IMG/VR virus record: IMGVR_UViG_3300028805_000080
Reading direction: 5' to 3' (one strand)
DNA length: 48,322 nucleotides
Origin: a virus
Lineage: Duplodnaviria > Heunggongvirae > Uroviricota > Caudoviricetes
Shown here: piece after piece, positions 25,769-34,491 of the stretch
Layout of the letters: every line of letters starts with the position of its first letter
How positions within the stretch are numbered: the stretch's first letter is position 1
Notes under the pieces: model-generated
The model's database searches: none
The model's input: the letters and a program-made list of their open reading frames with translations, nothing else
Told to the model about the DNA's origin: nothing
Translations under genes and position numbers: made by a program

Positions 25769-26368
25769 ATGGGAAGTGTAGTATTAAGAGTTATTGAAGT
25801 CAAATATAATGATAAGTGGCAAATCTTACCATATATTACAATTAAGAATAAGCATTTTGACTATGAAAAAGATGATGACATTGAGTCAAAGAAAATTGGA
25901 GAATATTGGCAAAACTATGTAGAAGAAGCTTCATTAAGGATTCGTGATGGAGTATTTGGATATGGGACTGATAATGAGTTGCATAAAAGAGTGCCAGATG
26001 ATGTATCTGAAGATGTGAAGAAGATTATACCTGAAAATGCTTATTGTATAAGTCTTGATGATTGGGAAGCTTTTATAAATAAGAAAGAAGCTGAATTCAA
26101 GCATCATGTAGAGAATCTATATAACCTTAAGAATTTCAAGAAAATAAACAAGAAGCTTGATTGCCTTTTGACAAATAATGTATATAAAGAAGAAGCTGAT
26201 GAAGATGAAGAAGCTGATGATATAGCATATATGGAAGATGATGTATGGATTGAAGACTTTTATCTATTGATAGCTATACATAATGAATATAATTTTATAT
26301 ATGATACATTATATGCTATATTTGAAAACTGGCCTCAAACAAGAATATATTATTGGATAGATTATTAA
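25769..26368 (+). CDS. Hypothetical protein
   Basis: 199-aa acidic ORF. Confidence 0.75.
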   Translation: MGSVVLRVIEVKYNDKWQILPYITIKNKHFDYEKDDDIESKKIGEYWQNYVEEASLRIRDGVFGYGTDNELHKRVPDDVSEDVKKIIPENAYCISLDDWEAFINKKEAEFKHHVENLYNLKNFKKINKKLDCLLTNNVYKEEADEDEEADDIAYMEDDVWIEDFYLLIAIHNEYNFIYDTLYAIFENWPQTRIYYWIDY

Positions 26369-26973
26369 AAACAAATGTAATTATGGATGAATTTGATGTA
26401 TTAGGACTAGAAGCAAGAGATTATTCTCAATTTAAGTCTAAAAAGAATAATGATGAAGAGACAATTAGTAGAATTGAGCAAATAAACAAGTATCATGACA
26501 ACTATCAAAAATATAAAACGGGAAATCCAATAAGGACTGAAGAAGATTATTTAGGCTTATTGAATAATATGTATATTGTATATTCTAACTATGGACAAAC
26601 AGATTGGATGGGATATGGATATCGTCATGAGACTTATATAATTTCAGATAGTTTTGACAAGATAGATGAATATTGTAGAAATAGATTTGGTGAGAATATT
26701 AAAGAATATTACTATGGACAAGAATATTTTAGATATGTCATCAAGAAAGTAAGTTCTAAAGAATATCTTACAAAGATTAATGAAATATTAAAGAAACATA
26801 AAGAATATGATAATATCAAACCAATAAACAATAACTTTAATATTATCAAGATGAAGATTGTTGCTTCGGAAGGAATTCCAATAAGATTAAAGAATGGTCA
26901 AATTGAATATGATGGACGTGGAGAATTAGAAAGATTTTATGAACCAGAGCCATTAGATGAGATAAGACTTTAG
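26353..26973 (+). CDS. Hypothetical protein
   Basis: 206-aa ORF ending in TAG just before the long inverted repeat. Confidence 0.75.
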   Translation: MDRLLKTNVIMDEFDVLGLEARDYSQFKSKKNNDEETISRIEQINKYHDNYQKYKTGNPIRTEEDYLGLLNNMYIVYSNYGQTDWMGYGYRHETYIISDSFDKIDEYCRNRFGENIKEYYYGQEYFRYVIKKVSSKEYLTKINEILKKHKEYDNIKPINNNFNIIKMKIVASEGIPIRLKNGQIEYDGRGELERFYEPEPLDEIRL

Positions 26974-26994
26974 ATTGCTCAGAATATAATATAT

Positions 26995-27068
26995 TTGCAC
27001 ACTGAACCCATTAAACTATTTTTTAATATAATTTATCATATTAATAGTTTAATGGGTTCAGTGTGCAA
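26995..27068. repeat. Perfect 26-bp inverted repeat with a 22-nt AT-rich loop (bidirectional terminator/cruciform candidate)
   Basis: TTGCACACTGAACCCATTAAACTATT (26995-27020) pairs with AATAGTTTAATGGGTTCAGTGTGCAA (27043-27068), between convergent stops at 26973 and 27071. Confidence 0.9.
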
Positions 27069-27070
27069 TT

Positions 27071-27481
27071 TTAATTATAAAAATCTCCATTAAGAATGAA
27101 ATAGTTTATAGCGCTTAAATCAATAGTTCCATTCAATATGTCTAATTGTGATATCTTGTTCAATCTTGATAAATCAAATTCTATTTTTTGTAAATCTTTT
27201 TTAAATTCATTATCAATATCATCTTTAGCTGTACTTGAATATACAATAACTATTTCATCATCATTTGGTTTTATAATTTCAAATGGTATCACAGATTTAT
27301 CTTTGTCACTTGCACAATATACATTATTTTTGAGATCAACATAATCAATGAATTCTGATATTGTCATTTTCTTCTCTATTTTCTCATTCTCTATTAGAGG
27401 TTTCTCTATTTTATTCTTAGCTATTACAAAATCTTCAATTTCTTCATTGAATTTATTGATATTGCTATAATATGCTTTCAT
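27071..27481 (-). CDS. Hypothetical protein
   Basis: 136-aa ORF, divergent from the structural operon. Confidence 0.7.
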   Translation of the reverse strand: MKAYYSNINKFNEEIEDFVIAKNKIEKPLIENEKIEKKMTISEFIDYVDLKNNVYCASDKDKSVIPFEIIKPNDDEIVIVYSSTAKDDIDNEFKKDLQKIEFDLSRLNKISQLDILNGTIDLSAINYFILNGDFYN

Positions 27482-27547
27482 TCTATCATTATCAATTATT
27501 TTATTAAAAATATATTAAATCCAATAAAGTGAAGTATATTATTAAAT

Positions 27548-27563
27548 TTATTTTTATATAAAA
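27548..27563 (+). promoter_or_regulatory. Candidate late promoter TTATTTTTA-TATAAAA
   Basis: 24 nt upstream of the ATG at 27581; nearly identical to the site at 36804. Confidence 0.55.
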
Positions 27564-27580
27564 GATTTAGAGTATAATAA

Positions 27581-29950
27581 ATGCTTCAATATAATAGTAA
27601 CATATTGAAATCAGATGAAGGAATCATATATGTAGATAATATAAAAGCTGTACAAGAAATCACAAAGTCTTTCTTGAAGCCTAATTATCTTCTTGTATCA
27701 TCTTATAGTTATAGTTTTTATAAAGATTATAATCAATATGATGGTATAAGCTATGAGCTTTATTATATAGACAATGAATCAAATCTTCAACAACTCACAT
27801 ATAATGTAATTGAAGGAAATGGATTATATATTGATGATTTCAATATCAAGCTTAATATTGACAACAAGACAATAAAAGAAAATGAGAATCATCAAATATA
27901 TATAGATGATAATGAATTAACTTGTGCTTATAATAATATTAATAAAGGTGTCATAAAAGGACAAGACCAACTTTTCTATGAAAATGATTTGAATAATAGT
28001 GGAACAATAAACATTCAAAATGGTATTGCAAAAATATCTAATGGATTTTTGATGTCATTATATGAGATTCAAGACTATTATGACAAATTCAATAGATTAT
28101 CATCTGACTTCAGTAACATTGCTATTAAGCTTGATCATGATATAGATGTATTCAATATAGGAGATATTATATATATTGACAAAAATGGAAGATATACAAA
28201 AAATGAAGAAGACAATACTCCATTTATGATTTGTGTCATAGGTAGTAATATGCTTAGTGATGGATCAGCAAGATTTATGCCTTTGAATTTCAATAATACA
28301 AAATCAATATTTGCAAGAAACAATAACAATATTTATGTAAAGAAGTTATTTAGCCATGTTCCTGTATTTGAAGATAATTTGAATTCTATTTCTTCTAAAT
28401 CAAAGATCATAAGAAATAGTTATGGATTTATTGCTACAGACAATAAAGAATGGAAAGAAAATTTCAAGAATCCATTTAACTATAATGAAAACTATTATGC
28501 AAATATATATAGCTTAAGAAATAATATTGTTTGGTATATTGATCCAGATGGATTTCACCAAGAAGACTTATATTCTATAAATTTAAATAGTATTGTAACA
28601 GAAGCTATTAATTTCAAATCTGATGAAAACCAATCAAATATTTATTCAATAATAGAAATAGAATTTAGTGATGGATTCACTGGATATTATTTATTAGAAT
28701 TAAAATATTCAAATGAAAACAAAAGATTTGAGATTTCAAAATCAATAAAGACTTGTAAACATTCAATACTATTAGTAAAGCAATTGAATAACATATTATC
28801 TGGAAATGGTAATACAAACTACAATTCAAAAATCAAAATATATAATGGTGATACATCATCTAATTTAGAGAATATATCTAATCAATATCAAATCAATAAA
28901 AATAATGAAACACAATCATCTATAAAATTCAATAATGATAATTCAACAAATATTGATTATAAGATATTAGAAAGTCAAAATCTTAAAGAAGAAGATAATC
29001 AACCAACTGAAGATTGTTTATTCTATAAGAAAACTGTAAATACAGATGATTTATATGAAACTAATAATGTTAATACAGAATTCAAAGAGAATAGAACTTT
29101 TGCATTATCTACTACTAAACTTGAAGGAGAATTGATATATACTTATAAATTAATTATTGACAAAGATATTTGTGATCGTAATTATGCTTTTCTTATAGTT
29201 CAATTAGGAGATTCATTTAACAATACTAGTGAAAACATATATTTGACTTATGATTCGAATGAAGGATTAGAATATGTATTTGACAAATATCAATCAATAG
29301 TAAAATATGGATATATAAAAATAATTGCTTATGCATCTAGTGAATATCTTGATAAAGAACCAATACAATTAGGAATAATTCCTGTAAATGAATACCAAGA
29401 CTCATTCAAGATTGTACATCTTAATAAAGAATATTATTCATTTGAATTTAGTTTAGAGAATATAATACCAATAAGATCAAATATATATCTAAACAAATCA
29501 TTATTGGATTTCAATATTAATGCTACAATATTATCTAATAACTATTATGACAAATATGTAAATTCTTATGGATATCTTTTAGATTTCAATTATTATCTAA
29601 GAACTGAAGACAATAAATATTATATAAAACCTGGAGGAATCAAGATTAATTTAGGAAATATAAGGAGATCTAAATGCTATTTTGTAAATAGTATATATTA
29701 TTGTTATCTAATGATACGTAATGGTACTGGAAATTCTACTATAGGAAAATATAGATTTATAAACAAGAACAATTGGTTAGAATTAGATGAGAATATACAA
29801 ATATTTGATTTAACAAATATTAATCAAATAACAATATTCAACATACAAGACATTAATGAAAATACTTTGAATATAAGTTTGAAGAAAACTGGAAAATTAA
29901 TTAATAGGACTATTGAATGGTCAAACTTAAGATCTATTAATATAAAATAA
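27581..29950 (+). CDS. Large virion/tail-fibre-type protein (shared N-module plus first half of a CLec-associated domain)
   Basis: 789 aa, N/Y/I-rich. QQLTYNVIEGNGLY...LNIDNKTIKE module, short coiled coil, then GDIIYID...ICVIGSNMLSDGSARFMPL. Confidence 0.6.
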   Translation: MLQYNSNILKSDEGIIYVDNIKAVQEITKSFLKPNYLLVSSYSYSFYKDYNQYDGISYELYYIDNESNLQQLTYNVIEGNGLYIDDFNIKLNIDNKTIKENENHQIYIDDNELTCAYNNINKGVIKGQDQLFYENDLNNSGTINIQNGIAKISNGFLMSLYEIQDYYDKFNRLSSDFSNIAIKLDHDIDVFNIGDIIYIDKNGRYTKNEEDNTPFMICVIGSNMLSDGSARFMPLNFNNTKSIFARNNNNIYVKKLFSHVPVFEDNLNSISSKSKIIRNSYGFIATDNKEWKENFKNPFNYNENYYANIYSLRNNIVWYIDPDGFHQEDLYSINLNSIVTEAINFKSDENQSNIYSIIEIEFSDGFTGYYLLELKYSNENKRFEISKSIKTCKHSILLVKQLNNILSGNGNTNYNSKIKIYNGDTSSNLENISNQYQINKNNETQSSIKFNNDNSTNIDYKILESQNLKEEDNQPTEDCLFYKKTVNTDDLYETNNVNTEFKENRTFALSTTKLEGELIYTYKLIIDKDICDRNYAFLIVQLGDSFNNTSENIYLTYDSNEGLEYVFDKYQSIVKYGYIKIIAYASSEYLDKEPIQLGIIPVNEYQDSFKIVHLNKEYYSFEFSLENIIPIRSNIYLNKSLLDFNINATILSNNYYDKYVNSYGYLLDFNYYLRTEDNKYYIKPGGIKINLGNIRRSKCYFVNSIYYCYLMIRNGTGNSTIGKYRFINKNNWLELDENIQIFDLTNINQITIFNIQDINENTLNISLKKTGKLINRTIEWSNLRSINIK

Positions 29951-29962
29951 TATAAAGAAATA

Positions 29963-32548
29963 ATGAATACACTTTCAAATATTATACCAAATCCATTGAA
30001 TATTGACAAAACACTTAATAGTGATTATTCAAACAATCAATTTGCAACATCAGATTTCAATGGTAAGTCTAATACAGAAATATTGAAAAACTATAAAGAT
30101 AATATCACACCTATGAAGATGCCAAATGGATTCTATTTAGGTGGTATTGGTGAAGTTGGTATAATAATGGAAAACATAAGTTATCTTAACAACATCATTA
30201 AGAAATATGGTGGTACTGAAATATCAATAGATGGTAAGTATGTATCTTCAACTTTGTATAATGAGAAAAATATATCAAACTCTAAATATACATTAGAAAA
30301 TACAAATAAAGTATGGTATTTTGATAATTCTTATGGAAAGATTAGCTATGATTTAATAGATACACCATATCAAAGCATTCCATTATATAAATATGATAGA
30401 AATGATTTTGAATTCAAAGAAGAATATATAGAATCTAGTAAAACATTATATATAGGACATAAAGCTCAAATATCTGATGATTCAGAGATATTCGATGTAA
30501 TGACATATATATATTATTGTCAAAATGATTTTCTAGATAATCTTGAAAACACATCATCTTATTCATTCTTTGAGAAAAAGACTCAAATCCAATATAATTT
30601 GATAAATACAGTTAAATCAACCTATATAATTGTAGATGAACATAATCATTTGAATTTTACAGATAATACATGGAATTCTCCCGCAAGCAATTTATTTGTA
30701 AAAATCAAATCTAATAGTAAATATGTTCCATGTGAACCAATAGTAAATATGAATAATAATTATTATTTGTATTTTTATTATAATGGAAACAATTATTGTA
30801 TTGATTCTAATGATAATAATGTAAAATTCAAAAACCGTGATAATGTACAAATAGATTCTTCACATTATAAAGATTTTAGTAGTCTTCCAGTAGATTTAGT
30901 TGAATGTACATTAGCTGGTAATTCAGTAAGTGAAGTATATCTTTATGTACAAGATTATAAAAATAACGAAAGTATATTAGAATTAAAAGATGATAATATC
31001 ATAAAATATCCAATATACTATTCTGATAATACTTATTCATTTCCTTTATTACCAACATATAGAGAAAATGACTATTATGATTGTGAATTTTATATTTTCA
31101 TACCAGAATTCTCACAATATAATGATAATACTAATCAATTAGATAAAACATTCAGTATTGATTTAATATTCAAGAAAATAAAAGTACTTATTAAATTTGG
31201 TAATAATGAAATAGTTGAGACTCTTGATCCTTATATAAAATTAAATGATACTATTATATATAAATTCAAGAAAAGATTGAAATATAATTATAAGTACATA
31301 CATAATCAAGAAATCAAGATATATTTGATTAATAGTGGAGAAGATGAAGATAATCAAGTAATATATTCTAAAAAAGTATATTTTAATTTATTTGAATTGA
31401 AAATATATCAAAATATATATAATAATCCAATTGATTTTAGATTCAAATACAATAATTATTATCCATTAAAATATCCATTACCATCAAAGAAAAAATTCAT
31501 AGATATTGATTATGTACCTACTGAATTAATAGAGAATTCATCTTATGATGAGTTAATGGAAATTAATAGTAAACTAAATAGTGAAACAGATTTTTTCAAA
31601 GATAGTAATGAAGAATATCAAATAAAATTTAGTTATTTAGTTAATAATTATTCTTATTTGAATCATTATATTTATCATAATTATTCTGAAGGATATGATA
31701 TTATTGATTGGTTTACTAAAGAAAACAGTTATGGATTAATGATAAGTCCATCAAAAAATAATACAAATTATACATATTTTAATTTTTCTATAGAAAATTA
31801 TAAAGCAAATAGTGAAACAGATTCTAATAAAGCTAATGTTGAAATCTATTGCAAAACATTTACTAATTATGATGAAGATGGAATATTAAACTCTACAAAT
31901 ACAGATATTATAAAAATCCAAGGAGAAGATTTACCAATTAATGATATTAATCCTGATCTTACTTATTCTCATTATGGAATGAATATATATGGAATGAAAC
32001 AATTATTATATATACCATATAAATTTAATATAAATAATATTTATGGTATTCAAACTGGACAGAATAAAATGTTTTTTGTAAATGATACATCTATTATTAA
32101 TAATTATTCAATATTTGAAGATTATCTTTATATATATAATTCCAGAGATGATGATATTCAACTTTATTTTAATGATGAATCAAAAATACTTTGTCAAGGA
32201 AATAAAATAATCAATATCAAATCAAAAGAATGTAAATTATATAAGCCTTCTAGACATGATAATTATATTATAACATTAAAAACTAGTATTATTAATAAAT
32301 ATAAATTAATACATTATAAAATTTATAAAAACTATTATAATGACCCAAAAAATAGAATAACAAATATTACTAATATTTTATATAGATTAAATTTATTAAA
32401 ACTAAGTAATATTAATATAGATAGTTCTGATGTAGATAATTTTATAAATAGATATCAGATTTCTATTGATAATGAAGGTCAAATTATAAATATACAAATA
32501 TATAATTATTCAATACCATTATTTGGAAATATAATTGTAATTAGATAG
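29963..32548 (+). CDS. Large virion/tail-type protein with an N-terminal C-type-lectin-fold (DUF1566-like) segment
   Basis: 861 aa. ATSDFNGKSNTEIL...FYLGGIGEVGII...LNNIIKKYGG...KYVSST resembles the DFxGxxNT / WYLPSxGEL / YWSST motifs. Confidence 0.6.
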   Translation: MNTLSNIIPNPLNIDKTLNSDYSNNQFATSDFNGKSNTEILKNYKDNITPMKMPNGFYLGGIGEVGIIMENISYLNNIIKKYGGTEISIDGKYVSSTLYNEKNISNSKYTLENTNKVWYFDNSYGKISYDLIDTPYQSIPLYKYDRNDFEFKEEYIESSKTLYIGHKAQISDDSEIFDVMTYIYYCQNDFLDNLENTSSYSFFEKKTQIQYNLINTVKSTYIIVDEHNHLNFTDNTWNSPASNLFVKIKSNSKYVPCEPIVNMNNNYYLYFYYNGNNYCIDSNDNNVKFKNRDNVQIDSSHYKDFSSLPVDLVECTLAGNSVSEVYLYVQDYKNNESILELKDDNIIKYPIYYSDNTYSFPLLPTYRENDYYDCEFYIFIPEFSQYNDNTNQLDKTFSIDLIFKKIKVLIKFGNNEIVETLDPYIKLNDTIIYKFKKRLKYNYKYIHNQEIKIYLINSGEDEDNQVIYSKKVYFNLFELKIYQNIYNNPIDFRFKYNNYYPLKYPLPSKKKFIDIDYVPTELIENSSYDELMEINSKLNSETDFFKDSNEEYQIKFSYLVNNYSYLNHYIYHNYSEGYDIIDWFTKENSYGLMISPSKNNTNYTYFNFSIENYKANSETDSNKANVEIYCKTFTNYDEDGILNSTNTDIIKIQGEDLPINDINPDLTYSHYGMNIYGMKQLLYIPYKFNINNIYGIQTGQNKMFFVNDTSIINNYSIFEDYLYIYNSRDDDIQLYFNDESKILCQGNKIINIKSKECKLYKPSRHDNYIITLKTSIINKYKLIHYKIYKNYYNDPKNRITNITNILYRLNLLKLSNINIDSSDVDNFINRYQISIDNEGQIINIQIYNYSIPLFGNIIVIR

Positions 32549-32553
32549 GATAT

Positions 32554-34482
32554 ATGGCAAATACAATATTAAATAAGAATACAGATTTAAATAATATATG
32601 TAAAGACTATTCAATAATAGCCTCAGATAATTCATATATCTTAAATTATAATGCTAATTTAGTAAAATTAGATTATAATACAAAAACATTACCTGATAGT
32701 GTTAATATATCTCCATATTTAGAATTAAATGAAATAAATAAAGTTAATAATTTCCAAACAACATATAAAATAAAGAATAAATTTAATTTTAATTATTCAT
32801 ATTATCGATCAGATTATATATTACAAGGAAATTCATTAATAATATCTAACTTAAGTAATGATAATGTTTTAAGTTATTCAAATAGCTATATTGTTTTCTA
32901 TAATACTGAATCTGGTATAAAACAATTGACTTATCATTTTAAAGAAGGTAATGGCTTATATTATGATAGCGATAATCATGTAATTAGAATGAATATTGAT
33001 AATAAAACTATTAAAGAAATAAACAATAAGCTTTTCTTTGATACAAATAGTATACCAATTACTTCTAATGATTGTTTTGGAATATCTTATATTGATAATC
33101 AATATTTAAAGATTAATAATGGTACATTAAGTATAGATATGTCTTATATTGAAAACACTATCAATTATAAATATAAGATAAAGAATCTTTATCAAAAGAT
33201 AAATAGCTTGCATAATTCATTATCTTATTTTAATTATATAAATGCAACAAAAGATAATACAATTGATGAATTCAAAGAAAAATTTGATGAATTGAATAAT
33301 TCAACGGAATATGATGCAATTAACAAATCTATTAATCAATCAATATCTTATCAAAAAGAAAGTACATTATATTTTCCAAAAACTGAAATAAAATATATTG
33401 ATAATTATTATTTTGAGAATGGTTTGATTGATAAATCATATAAACAATATATTAATTTGAATGAAGATAATTCTTATATTATATATTGTAAAGATTTAGA
33501 GCAAATTGAAATTTTAAGTTATATAGAAAACAAATATTTGAATTATCATACTGAATTTGATATCAATAAAATAAAGGATATTGAATTTGAACTATTAAAT
33601 AATGAAGATATTATTGATGTATCTAATATATCTCAAAATACAAATTTTGAAAATTATATAAATGCTAATAATTGTTTAGAGATTGTAAATTCGAATAAAT
33701 TATATTCATATATTTATTCTGATGATACAAATAATTACAATAAATTTGTAATAAAGTCAAATATTGCAAATAATATTGTATATGATGATAATTATCAAAT
33801 GACAAACAATACATTTGTATATTCAAACAAGATAATAGATGAGAAGTTATTTAAAAAATTAGGAATTATATTAAATTCAAAAATTAATCTTCCACAAATA
33901 AAGAAAAATAAGATTAAATATATAAGGAATGGTAATGAAATAAAATATAACTATATCATACAAACTGTAAATTGCAGATATAATCCAAAGAATATAAAAG
34001 TTCTTTATGATGACAGAGATATTGCTTATTGCACACATAATGTAAAACCAATAAATAATTCAAATCAAGATATATATTATTTCTTATCAACTTATAATTA
34101 TACTGAACCTAATGCTTTTATAGTTAATAGCAATATAGATTTTATAATGAAGAATACTAATATTTGTTTTAATAATAATGGTTCTTCATATTTATTCTAT
34201 GGATATAATTTTAGTATGAATAATAACCAAACATTCAAGAAGAAATATTATAGTATTTGGAATAATTATCCAACTTGTTTTATTACTGAATATTTTATGA
34301 AATTATTAGTTAATAATGTTAATTCTAAACAAATATCATTAGATAATTTCAAAGAACTTTATACACAAAATTTTGATGATATAGAATATAATAAATCTAA
34401 TTATCAACCAACAACATTATATCTTTATCAATTATACAATAAAGCAATAATGAAAATACCTAATATCACTATAAATATCTAA
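32554..34482 (+). CDS. Large virion/tail-fibre-type protein (shared N-module)
   Basis: 642 aa. KQLTYHFKEGNGLY...MNIDNKTIKE, then FGISYIDNQYLKINNGTLSID and a coiled coil. Confidence 0.6.
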   Translation: MANTILNKNTDLNNICKDYSIIASDNSYILNYNANLVKLDYNTKTLPDSVNISPYLELNEINKVNNFQTTYKIKNKFNFNYSYYRSDYILQGNSLIISNLSNDNVLSYSNSYIVFYNTESGIKQLTYHFKEGNGLYYDSDNHVIRMNIDNKTIKEINNKLFFDTNSIPITSNDCFGISYIDNQYLKINNGTLSIDMSYIENTINYKYKIKNLYQKINSLHNSLSYFNYINATKDNTIDEFKEKFDELNNSTEYDAINKSINQSISYQKESTLYFPKTEIKYIDNYYFENGLIDKSYKQYINLNEDNSYIIYCKDLEQIEILSYIENKYLNYHTEFDINKIKDIEFELLNNEDIIDVSNISQNTNFENYINANNCLEIVNSNKLYSYIYSDDTNNYNKFVIKSNIANNIVYDDNYQMTNNTFVYSNKIIDEKLFKKLGIILNSKINLPQIKKNKIKYIRNGNEIKYNYIIQTVNCRYNPKNIKVLYDDRDIAYCTHNVKPINNSNQDIYYFLSTYNYTEPNAFIVNSNIDFIMKNTNICFNNNGSSYLFYGYNFSMNNNQTFKKKYYSIWNNYPTCFITEYFMKLLVNNVNSKQISLDNFKELYTQNFDDIEYNKSNYQPTTLYLYQLYNKAIMKIPNITINI

Positions 34483-34491
34483 ATATTATTT

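Noticed and set aside
26189-26222. Direct repeat GAAGAAGCTGATGA x2
   Set aside because: It simply encodes an acidic low-complexity stretch (EEADEDEEADD) inside a CDS.
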